DNA of 64,000 bases from contig CAVYSY010000026.1 of NCBI GenBank assembly GCA_963771175.1, positions 160,001 to 224,000 on the forward strand, in the 5' to 3' direction. Position 1 is the stretch's first letter; the number at the start of each line of letters is the position of its first letter. The DNA comes from an uncultured delta proteobacterium. GTDB lineage: Bacteria; Myxococcota; Myxococcia; Myxococcales; Myxococcaceae. The position numbers were made by a program, and so were the translations under genes. Under the pieces are notes generated by a model. The model was not told the origin of the DNA, ran no database searches, and was given only the letters and a program-made list of their open reading frames with translations. This document shows positions 31,236-40,503 of this stretch, piece after piece.

Positions 31236-31718
31236 ATGGGCAAGAAGCAGCTTGAGGCGACGACGACGTGGAAGTGCGATGCCTGTGGCCAAAAGATCAA
31301 GAGCAAGAAGGACGGCTGGGTCGAGTGGCTGCACTTCTTCCCGGGGACCGGCTCAGGCCCAAAAGGGCGCGGCCTCCGCCTCGTGCATAACGGTGGGACG
31401 AGCCCCCGTGGGCGCTCGGGTTGCCAGTACGGACGGAACCCTAAAGAGCTGGTGAAGGATCTCGACCTCGAATCTTTCCTGGGTGCTGATGGGCTCATGC
31501 AGCTTCTTGCACTCATCTACGACCAGGAGGTGCCCACCGAGGAGGTGCTGGAGATGATCAAGCGCCTGCACATCCCGGGTTATGAGGAAGCGCGTCTCCA
31601 CTTCAAGAGCGCCATGGCAGCGGGCGAATACGAACCGAACACCGCACCTGGATTCCCGTTCCAGGACCAGATTGCTGGGGTTCTGGAGTTCGCGCGACGC
31701 CGCCAGTCGGATGAGTAA
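31236..31718 (+). CDS. Hypothetical metal-binding protein
   Basis: SD GAGGAG; WKCDACG...H...C. Confidence 0.7.
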   Translation: MGKKQLEATTTWKCDACGQKIKSKKDGWVEWLHFFPGTGSGPKGRGLRLVHNGGTSPRGRSGCQYGRNPKELVKDLDLESFLGADGLMQLLALIYDQEVPTEEVLEMIKRLHIPGYEEARLHFKSAMAAGEYEPNTAPGFPFQDQIAGVLEFARRRQSDE

Positions 31719-31753
31719 ATACCCGCTCACGGGAAGGCGAGACGGCTCCCTCC

Positions 31754-32029
31754 ATGAACGAAAAGCTGCAACGTCTCCTGGATGATGCGGCACGAGCTGC
31801 TCGCCTGCGGCTGGGGCTCACACAGGCGGAGGTGGCCAAGAAGGTGGGCTTGAAGTCCGGCGTCTACGGGCGGGTCGAGCGCGGGATGATGACGCCCAGC
31901 GTGCCCACGCTGCGACGGATGTGCGAGCCCCTGGGCATCTCCTCGGACGCGCTCCTGTCCCTGGGTGTCCAGGCTCCCGAGGCGACGGCACCGGCCCTCC
32001 GCCCTGGGCCTGTGAGCACCCTGAGCTGA
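31754..32029 (+). CDS. XRE-family HTH regulator
   Basis: RLRLGLTQAEVAKKVGLKSGVYGRVERGMMTPSVPTL. Confidence 0.85.
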   Translation: MNEKLQRLLDDAARAARLRLGLTQAEVAKKVGLKSGVYGRVERGMMTPSVPTLRRMCEPLGISSDALLSLGVQAPEATAPALRPGPVSTLS

Positions 32030-32125
32030 AGTAGGGCTGAGGAGATTCATTCCCCCGGCCAGTAGAGGCCCACCACTGGGTGCTCAGCTCAAAACGGGGC
32101 CATGCGCGTCATCATCGGCAGGGCA

Positions 32126-32350
32126 TCACGCCAGGATCTCGATTCCGACCAGGACTCCATCCTGGTCGAAGTCGAGCACCACATCGGGGCCCGTGTAGGA
32201 ACCCAGGAGTTCGGCCAGCCTGATCGACTTCGACATCTTGCAGGTCTCACCGGGGTGACTCGGGAGGCGCAAATAGGCCACGTCCTGATCGTCCTCGGAG
32301 ACTCGCAGCTCGAAGCGCCCGAGCGTCTTCTTTGAATCCGTCTGCCCCAT
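32126..32350 (-). CDS. DUF2283-like protein, putative immunity for the upstream toxin
   Basis: DVAYLRL...DVVLDFDQDGVLVGIEIL; TAATG coupling to the toxin stop. Confidence 0.8.
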   Translation of the reverse strand: MGQTDSKKTLGRFELRVSEDDQDVAYLRLPSHPGETCKMSKSIRLAELLGSYTGPDVVLDFDQDGVLVGIEILA

Positions 32351-33666
32351 TACGGCCTCCACTGCAAAACGGTCTTCAGCTTCAATACACCATCCCTGAG
32401 CTGATAGACGACCGCACCACCTCGGCCAAAGCCAGGAACGATGACGCGGTCCGCGTGGGCCGTGTCCCGAATGGTTCCGGGCGGAAGCCCCGACTTCTCG
32501 ATCTGTCGGCCGAACTCCTGCAAGGCCGCGCGAGCATCCTGCACGCTTGAGAAACCAGCCCGTTCAACCGCACGTTCCGCCGCGTGCGGCATGTTGCTGT
32601 TGACCACCTTGTCAACGTGGATATCCGACGCGCCTCCTGTCAGCTCGCCCGTGACATGACCGTTGCCTCGGCCATCTCCGGCCGACATCGCGACCGCATT
32701 GGGGGCAAGGGTGATGGTGACGGCCTCGGCACTCACGGCAACCGTCTCTATCTCCCCCACTGCCGCGAGGCGGAGGCCCACCTGCGTCTCCGCCTGCGCC
32801 GCCGCCTGCATCGCACCGGGCAGCGTCGGCACCTTCGCCGCCAACCCCGTCGCCGTGTTGCCGAGCGCCACCGTGGCCAGCATGGCGAACGCACGCGCTG
32901 CGTTGCGGCCCATGACCTTCCCGTACCGCTCCCCGGCCTCGCGCAGCTCATTGAACGTGGTGGCCCGATCCGCCGCGTCCATCAGCCGCTTGAAGCCCAC
33001 GACGAGGCCCCAGAAGGTGTCGACGCCCACGTAGGAGATGAGGGTAGCGGTCATCACCGCCGCGAGACCCTTCGAGACCGTCACGTCGGGAATCGAGATG
33101 AGGAGCATGTACGTGGTCCAGGTCCAGAGCACCGCCGCCACCATGGCGTGGGGGTCGGCCATGTCCTTGAACGCCTCCAGCATCTCGTCGAGCACGGCGC
33201 CCTTGGCGAGGGCCAGGGCCAGCGCGAAACGGCCGTCCCCGTTGACGATGGAGCTCTCCGTCAGCAGGCGGAGACAGTCTCCGGGCCTGCCGGTGCGCTC
33301 GCACCAGCGCAGATAGTCGCGCGTCAACTCCACCTCCGCCGCCGATGGTGCCCCCTCCAGATGTTCGTCCGGCCCGAGCGGAGTGACGCGGCGGCTGCGT
33401 GTCTCGTACGTGTACGAACCACTCCGCGCCTCGACCTCGAACAACTTCCGGGCGGCCTCCTGGGGCCGAGCGGAGGGCCGAACCTCCCAGGCACGCTTCG
33501 CCACGGCCTCCTTGAACTCGTCGCCGTTCAACCTCACCGGCTCGGCACCGGAGCGTGGGGTGAAAACGAGAGTGTCGGCCTGGCCCGTGTCCAGGCGCAC
33601 GACCCGAGAAGCGGTAGCACACCCGGCGAGGAGCACCAGCAGCGCCGCCGTCCAGCCCAGCTTCAT
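32350..33666 (-). CDS. sitA5: SitA5-type polymorphic lipoprotein toxin (438 aa)
   Basis: Lipobox LAGC; SRVVRLDTG, YLRWCERTGRPGDCL, GRNAARAF, AVAM junction, then a variable ~90-aa tip. Confidence 0.8.
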   Translation of the reverse strand: MKLGWTAALLVLLAGCATASRVVRLDTGQADTLVFTPRSGAEPVRLNGDEFKEAVAKRAWEVRPSARPQEAARKLFEVEARSGSYTYETRSRRVTPLGPDEHLEGAPSAAEVELTRDYLRWCERTGRPGDCLRLLTESSIVNGDGRFALALALAKGAVLDEMLEAFKDMADPHAMVAAVLWTWTTYMLLISIPDVTVSKGLAAVMTATLISYVGVDTFWGLVVGFKRLMDAADRATTFNELREAGERYGKVMGRNAARAFAMLATVALGNTATGLAAKVPTLPGAMQAAAQAETQVGLRLAAVGEIETVAVSAEAVTITLAPNAVAMSAGDGRGNGHVTGELTGGASDIHVDKVVNSNMPHAAERAVERAGFSSVQDARAALQEFGRQIEKSGLPPGTIRDTAHADRVIVPGFGRGGAVVYQLRDGVLKLKTVLQWRP

Positions 33667-33889
33667 GGGAATTCCCCCTGATGATGGCCACCCCCTGATG
33701 GGTAGCCAGTCCAACTGTGTACCCTATTGGTCTGACAACTCCCGGTGTTCGCCGCTCTCGGCGGCGTCATTCGAGGGGCTCATCAAGAGCGCCCGTGCTT
33801 CGGCATAAGGACCTTGGCGGTCATCCCCGCTGACGTCCTGGCTGGTCGGCCAGTGCGTCTTCATCCAATCCACCCGAGGAGGAATGCAG

Positions 33890-34260
33890 ATGGAACACGT
33901 CAGCCTCTCCGCTGAGCTGGGGGAAATTCGTTACGCCATCGAGGGCGCCCACTGGATCGCGGACAGCGTCGCCATGGGCGCGGTGCCCGACCCGGATCGG
34001 GTGCACAGCGCGCCCGTCATCATCAGCGCCATCCTGCTGCTGGTGGAGACCAGGCTGCATCAGCTCGGCCGTGTGCTCCGAGGCGAGGAGAACCCGGCGC
34101 ACCTGTTGACGCCGCACAACGTCACCGCCGGGGAGAACGCGGACAGGGATGACGTGGTTCTGCGGCCTTGGGACTGGAGCGCCGCGCCGAGGCCGTCTCC
34201 GTCCGAGAAGAAGGAGACCGAGCAGCCCCGTCCAGTAGCGGGAACCGAGTCCCCCGTCCG
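33890..34260 (+). CDS. Element-conserved hypothetical divergent from sitA5 (3' end uncertain)
   Basis: SD GAGGAGG; first ~93 aa nearly identical to the product of 43124-43403. Confidence 0.6.
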
Positions 34261-34385
34261 TTGGAGGAGAGCCCTCCCGCCCAGCCCGGCACGCAGGGGG
34301 CGCAACCGCCCCCCACCGGGGAGCCGGGCTGATCGGCTGCGGCCTGTATCGTGCCTGGAGTACCAGGGGAAGGGAGGTGAAGACG

Positions 34386-34499
34386 ATGCTGGGTGCCGTG
34401 AAGAAGCTGGCCGCCTCACCAATCACCCTCCGGGTGGCAGCGGCCATTTTGATCGGACTGGCCGAGCACCTGCGCGAGGTGACGCGGCACGGGCGGTGA
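34386..34499 (+). CDS. 37-aa hydrophobic peptide
   Basis: Strong SD GGAGGTGA; MLGAVKKLAASPITLRVAAAILIGLAEHLREVTRHGR. Confidence 0.45.
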   Translation: MLGAVKKLAASPITLRVAAAILIGLAEHLREVTRHGR

Positions 34500-35005
34500 A
34501 GATGCCCGGAGTTGAAGCACGGTCCCCGTCGCACCAACACCAGCGTGATGCTCCCGGTCTTGGCCGGGTGGTGTGGCGGGGGCCGGTTCGTCTCCACGGG
34601 CTCCGATCCCGGTGGCACCAGCTCCGGTGCAGTTCCACCGCCGGAGGTCCCCGGTCACTTCTCCCGGTGGTCCTCCAGATTTTTAAGTATCAGGGGCGCC
34701 CTACCCCCTCGTGCGCGAGGAGCTGGAGGGCGAACACTGGGTACGGCCATCAGTAACCCCTGGGCGAAGATCGCCAGGGACCGCGTACCGGGGAGCAGCC
34801 CGCTGGAGAGTCCCCCCGAAAAATCTTGAGAGCCCCCATCCCCCCAGGGGCGCGAAGAAGACCAGGGGGCTTACAGGTGGACCTGCGACAAGGGAACCCC
34901 AGTCCCCCCATCCCCGGGGGTGCTCACCCAGGTTGGATAGGGCTACCGATTAGCGAGTCAGGGCGAAGAGGGCCCGGGAGAGGCGTCAAAACGAACCCGA
35001 GGGCG

Positions 35006-35872
35006 TCACTTCACGAGCCGCAGGCGTCACGCGCAGCTCCTTGGCCTCGGCCGGGTTCTCGGCCTTCACGGTGGCCACCTGGGCGCGGAGCTGGTCGAGG
35101 AGCCCGAGCTGCCGCTGCATGGCGGTCTCCAGCAGCTTGCGGTGGCGCTCCAGCTTCCGCAGGTCCGCGTCTTCCAGCAGCAGCACCTCGGCGGCCAGCC
35201 GTTCGCGCACCGGCGCGAGCGCGCCCTCGTCCTCGGCCAGCTTCGCGGAGAGGGCGCCCTTCACACCTGGGCCGCGTTTCCCAGGTCTCGGTAGACGGCC
35301 GGGGGGATGCGCTCCGTCCTTGAGTTCTCCTGGGCATGTGTTGAGCGCGAAGGCCAGGGGCTCCACCACGACCATCGGCAGGCCCGGCACCTCGCGCAGC
35401 ACGGTCACGGTCTTCTCCACGCCGGTGAGGAAGGCGTCGGTCTGCTCCGCGTCCTTCGGCGGTGGGGAGGCATCCACGAACTCGACGAAGGCGCTCACCG
35501 CCAGCGCCCGGCGGGTGAGGTCGTAGGTCTTGAACTCGTCCGTCTTCTCCAGCTCCTCCTCCAGCCGGGCCCGGATCCGGCCGTTCTCCACCCGGCTCAG
35601 CCGCTCCAGCTTCCAGGCCGTGTCCGCGAGCTGCGCCACGATGGTGGCCTCGGGCAGGGTGGTGGGCGAAGCTGGAGAACCACGAGTCCACGTGCGCCTC
35701 GTACTCGGCGGCATCCTCTCCGGGAAGGAGCAGATGCGTGGCGCTCAACCCGTGGCGGAGGGAATTGAGCGAGGATGTAACCTTCCCCTCGGGGGTCTTC
35801 GGGCCGTTCGAGCGGGCCCCATTGAGCGCGCTGGTGAGCGGCCTGTCGGGCGGAGCGGACGGAGGGGTTCAT
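35006..35872 (-). pseudogene. Helical protein with an NGARSNGPKTPEGK..S..N..RHG motif (possible TerS-like); several frameshifts
   Basis: High-GC3 pieces in successive frames join from ATG 35872 to LRLVK-stop at 35006. Confidence 0.55.
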
Positions 35873-36069
35873 ACGGGAATTCTCCGGTCTGGCTCGCACA
35901 CTCGTGGGAAGAGGAACGTATAGCCTCAGACGCGGATGGCCCCATGACGGTGCTACTGCACCAATGAGGAAGGCGAGCGAGGGCTGGGCTCCCTGCTCGT
36001 CACTTCCATTGGGCACAGAGAGCCAATCCGACGCCTCTTCGGATTAAGGGTCGAGGGGTCTATCCGGCT

Positions 36070-36496
36070 CTTTGTATGTTGTAAATCCAGGGTCTCTTCT
36101 GGAGCGAGGCCAGGACTAGTTCTTCAAGGGCTTCGTTCCGAAGAACTCCTGGTATCTTGTAGTTTCTGCTCCCTCTCCGAAATCGAGAGAAAGGACCTTC
36201 AGTCCTTTCTCTCTTTCTCTATTCTCCTTATATGATGCAATTACAAGATATAAAGAGATTGAAGAATGAATGAACGAGGACTTGGAATAGAGTCCTCGTT
36301 CTTGGACGAAAGAGAGTAGGGGAATTACAAGATACAATGGCTGCTTGAACCCCTCGCCCTTGAATCCACCGAGGCATTTGGAGGGGTGAAGAAGGCACCT
36401 GGATTACAACATTCAAGATGTTCCCGGAGAGGCGCCCTTGATCTCCACCAAGACCTCGCCGGAAGAAGAAGACGCCCGGAATTACAAGATGCAAAG
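36070..36496. repeat. Six 19-bp iteron-like repeats (2 inverted, 4 direct) with two hairpins; putative replication origin
   Basis: Consensus GGAATTACAAGATACAAAG at 36070(-), 36148(-), 36237, 36321, 36400, 36478; AT-rich; inverted repeats 36185-36213 and 36272-36301. Confidence 0.75.
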
Positions 36497-36504
36497 AGTC
36501 CGAG

Positions 36505-37552
36505 TTAGCTGGTGCGTACGGGCTTCTTGTTCCTGAGTTGGAGCCCATAGGCGTCCCTAGCCGCGTCCTCCTCGGTGTACCGACCCGTATCCGGCACCCA
36601 CCTCAACTTGTAAGTGGCTGCCCTCGTGCCAGCCGAGTGGCCCTCGTACAGCTCGAAGACGTGGGAGCCGAAGAATTTCCGTAAGAACTCTGGAGTGCCC
36701 GGAGGCTCCAAGGATGGCCTCTTCGTTCGTTCCGGCGCCGCGCAGCCAATCCGATCTCCACCGAACCAAGTAGCCCTGGGCCTGAGCATTCCATTGCATG
36801 TAGGCGGCCATTCGTTGGAGGCACCTGAAGAGATAGAAGGCGACTATGGGGCCATGCGTCTGGCTTACCCGATGGACCCACTCCATGCTGCTGGGCCCCA
36901 TCTTGGCGAATAGAACTTCGGGATGCTCGTTGAGTAGGTTATTCCTGAAGCCGGCGAGCTGTCCCCTGAGCCCTCGAAGGGTATTACCATCCGTGACGCC
37001 GCTCGCTTGAGCCCATACCTGGAGGAAACTGAAATAATCAGGCACTCCATCTTCGGGGTGGTACTCGACCGCCTTACGTAGCCTCTCGCTTCGCATCAGC
37101 ACCCCGGCCGAGAGATAGAACGGCTTTCCTTTCGGCCATGGAGGACTCCCCAGATGACGAGGGTATCCTCTTCGTTGATACTCGGAGGGGTGGCCCCCTC
37201 GGCAGCTTCGACCAGGTTCGTTCGGAGCTTGTAGAGCGGGGTGCCCCTGCATGGATGCCGAGTGGCTGGGCCATCAACCAGTTCCACTCCGCGTCACCCA
37301 CCTGTCGAGTGAGCCCGAACCGGGTGATGACGCCTCCTGCCAGTACGTGGAGGGGGCGTAGCGACAGGCCAGCACCGAGCTCCTGCACGCTCATCACTCC
37401 TTGGAGCCTTAGGTCCACGTCACCCAGGAACGGAAAGACGTCCAGCACGCTCCCGGTGGGGAGCGGAGTCCTGGGAGGCAGTCACGCTGGTAGTAGGGGA
37501 TTTTCTTGCGTCGGCTGACGCTGGGGATGTCGCATGTCTGTACGTCGCTCAT
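36505..37552 (-). pseudogene. Frameshifted putative replication initiator
   Basis: Overlapping minus-strand fragments from ATG 37552 to stop 36505; ends next to the iterons; C-terminal GHSAGTRAATYKLRW resembles a wHTH wing. Function is inferred. Confidence 0.4.
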
Positions 37553-37744
37553 GGCTCTGCTCCTTCTTGTGCACGCTGCAACGGGAGCTGGTGGCCCTGC
37601 CCGTGCACTTCTCAATGAATCAACCCGGCGAGCAGGACAGGCACTAATCCAAGGTTGCTCTGCCGTGGACCGTCCTGCCTGACGGGCCCTCGGTAGTGGG
37701 GTCCAGCGGGCCGTCCTAGTGTTTCCCTGTTGAGGAGATGAGCG

Positions 37745-38448
37745 ATGGCGAAGCTCACGGATGAATCGACCATGGAGTCCCTGCCACCAGCCGGGAGCCT
37801 GGAGCCTCCGGGAGGGGAGCCCGGGACGGGCAGCGAGCGTCCCAAACCCCTTCCCCCCATTCCCCTCGGGTACTCGTGCGCGCCACCGCCACCGCCGCTT
37901 CCGGAGTACCTCCGTCCTCCGCTTCCCGTGAGGCGGGGGCGTCCCGATGGATGGGTGTGCAGACGATGCACGGAGTGGTGGGAGTGGCACCCGTACCGGC
38001 CTCCGACAGAGCAGGAACTCGACACGCCCTGCGTTGAATGCCGCAAGGCGATGGAGCCCGAGGAGCGCGCGGTGGAGGTGAACCGGCACCTGCTGGCGAG
38101 GCTCAGCGCGGGATTGGGCTGCCTGGCCCTGCCGACGCCCACTATGTCTCCGGTCCCAGGCCGGCGGCAGCGCACAGACCAGCTGCCGAGCTGTTGTCGA
38201 AGAAGTCGGCTGCGCGTCTCCTGGGCGTGGACCGGGCAACGACCTTGGAGGAGTGGATTGCCACTGGCCGTATCAAGGTGGTGGACCTCGACGGCCGAGT
38301 CCGCATCCCACTGGCGGAGGTCGAGCGCATCTTGAACGAGGGCATCCCGGCTCAAGAGGTGCGCTCCAAGCCCCATCGCTCAGCGAGAGCGGCTGCGTCT
38401 GTGCCATCCGAATCTCCAGGGAATGCGATTCGAAAGTTGAAGGTCTAG
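37745..38448 (+). CDS. Zn-finger plus excisionase-like (HTH_17/MerR-like) protein; frameshift near 38160
   Basis: CRRC...CVEC, then LLSKKSAARLLGVDRATTLEEWIATGRIKVV...RIP. Confidence 0.65.
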
Positions 38449-38497
38449 AGTGAGTTATACGCGATCTTCTGGCTACTATCGGTCGATGGGGAGGCTA

Positions 38498-39442
38498 ATG
38501 AGTTCCGACATGAAGGCGGTCTCAATTATTCAGAACGCTCTACCAGGGCTGGAGATTGAACTTCAGCGGGTGCACGAAGCACTACACGAGGTGGAAGAGT
38601 ACGAGTTCAACCGCATTCACGGGAGAGAGCTCGGTCTCATCCAGAAGAAGACTTGGCTAGAGAGATCTTCACGTCCAGAATGAAAAGGCTCTCGCGGCTT
38701 GTGCTCATATGCCTTGATGCTGCTGGCATGGTGGCGACGCGCGATGACTTCCGGGAAACATGGGCCAAATTCACCCTAACGGAAACCGAGTACGTCCACG
38801 AACTCGATGTGCTGCATAGCGAGCCATCCATCTACCTGGGAGACATGATTGACGGCCTACGCCTCATCGCAACTAGAGGCGAAAGCCCAACCGAAAAGGT
38901 GGATCTTCAGCGACTTCAGGATATGCTGCAAGCAACGCCCACGCTAATGCACAGGAGGAATATCGTTCCCCAGCGGGAGCACGACATCCAGTTGGTTATG
39001 GCTGATTATCTGGAGGCATGTTTCCCACGAGAGTTCGTGCCCTCTCCAGGTGTCCCCGGCTTCATCAAGAACTTCAAAGCCGATGCCGGGGATACGGCAT
39101 CTCAAAGCAGCGGTGGAATTCAAGTTCGCCTCTACTCCCACCGAATTGAAGCAAGCAGTATCTGGAATCTTCGAGGACACAGCGGGGTACAAGGGATCCC
39201 TCGATTGGACCCGCTTCTACTCGGTTATTTATATGACTGAACCGTTCGAGTCGCCTGCTCGCTTCCACGCGGATATGAGCCGAGCGGGGGCTCTGAACTG
39301 GACCGTGATCCCGGTTAGTGGAGCGGGCGAAAAGCAGCGGAGGTTCCGGAAAGGGAAGGGTAAGGTAGAGCCAGTCGAGCCGAAGAAGGCCGAGCCAGTC
39401 GAGCAGAAGAAGGCCGAGCCAAGCGAGCCGAAGAAGGAGTAA
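38498..39442 (+). CDS. PD-(D/E)XK nuclease-domain protein (frameshifts near 38640 and 39090)
   Basis: EHDIQ...KADAGIRHLKAAVEFK...IFED; low GC; three C-terminal EPxExKK repeats. Confidence 0.6.
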
Positions 39443-39557
39443 CTCACCGCTGTTAGGAAGCCGGTCATGGGCAAATTACGGGCAACCACCTCTCCCGTTT
39501 TCGACGGTTCCAACCCCCTCTCCAGGGGAGGAGTGGCGGTGCCCCCGGCCTTTTCAC

Positions 39558-39603
39558 GACTGTTAATCACTAGGTCCGAGGTTCGAGTCCTCGTCGGGGA
39601 GCA
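39558..39603 (+). repeat. attR core: duplicated 3' part of tRNA-Asn
   Basis: GACTGTTAATCACTAGGTCCGAGGTTCGAGTCCTCGTCGGGGAGCA identical to 29324-29369. Confidence 0.92.
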
Positions 39604-39607
39604 CAAG

Positions 39608-39644
39608 AAGGGCGTCAGACGAAAGTCTGGCGCCCTTTTCTTTT
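39608..39644 (+). terminator. Intrinsic terminator after attR
   Basis: AAGGGCGTCAGAC-GAAA-GTCTGGCGCCCTT then TTCTTTT. Confidence 0.8.
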
Positions 39645-39688
39645 GCCCTCTCTGCCCCATCGGCACAACACGGGCAACCCCCTTCGAG

Positions 39689-40308
39689 CGCGGTCCTCAA
39701 GCGCGTCTACTCCTGGTTGCGCAAGGTGAAGCACGTCCTCTCGGTGGCCGAGGACCCGACCTTCGAGCGGCTCACCGTGCCCCAGGCCCGGCCCGAGCAG
39801 TGGAAGCGGACCAAGGTGATTCCCCGGGAGCACTACCTGCTCGCCCGCGAGCACCTCGCGCCTCACTGGCGCGACGGGATGGACGTGCAAGCGGGCACCG
39901 GCTGGCACGTCTCGGGAGCTGGTGCGCTTCGCCAGGATGGGCAGCGTGGAGCCATACCGGGGCGAGGCCGAGGGGATCGCGGGCGTGCTGGTGTGTCCGC
40001 AGACCAAGAGCGGCGAGCCCTTGCGCACTGCCGTGTCCGCCGAGGTGCAGGAGGCCGGGAAGCGGCTGCTGGAGCGCGGCTCGTTCAGCTTCGAGAAGTA
40101 CGGTCTGGCCATCAAGGGAGCCTGCAACGCGGCGGGCATCCCGGCCTTCACGCCGGGACGGTTCCGGCACTCCGTCGCCACCTGGGCCATCGAGAAGGGA
40201 GCGGACCCGGCTTCCGTGGCGGCCTTCCTCAACCACAAGAGCCCGACCACCACGCGGCGCTTCTATGCGACGCACGCTGTCCCGGTGAAGATCCCCACCC
40301 TGGCATAG
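39689..40308 (+). pseudogene. 5'-deleted, frameshifted integrase paralog
   Basis: Near-identical to about 29928-30540; N-terminal ~145 codons missing; extra G near 39915. Confidence 0.88.
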
Positions 40309-40503
40309 GACACCGAGAGCGACGGTTTCCTAACCCTTGAAGGGCCCCTCGGTCCTCGGGTGGAGCCGGGTAAACCCCCGAGATTACTGGACGCTGGCGT
40401 TCATCCACGTTCACCCGCGACCGACCGATTACGTACAGATTACGTACTGGTCGAACCGATTCCGGGACTTTCGTCCCGAGTCGTGGCAACCCAGGTTTCA
40501 GGG

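Larger units (their letters stand above)
29324..39603. mobile_element. ~10.2 kb tRNA-Asn-integrated element (satellite/integrative-plasmid-like), element 1
   Basis: Flanking 46-bp direct repeats; integrase next to attL; xis-like and rep-like genes; iterons; lower-GC cargo; no capsid, tail or conjugation genes seen. Confidence 0.88.

Noticed and set aside
36070..36496. CRISPR-like array
   Set aside because: Repeats are short, degenerate, in both orientations, with ~60-bp gaps and no cas genes; iterons fit better.
39530..39603. Second tRNA-Asn gene
   Set aside because: Only the 3' 46 nt are present; the acceptor 5' strand and D-arm are missing, so this is attR.
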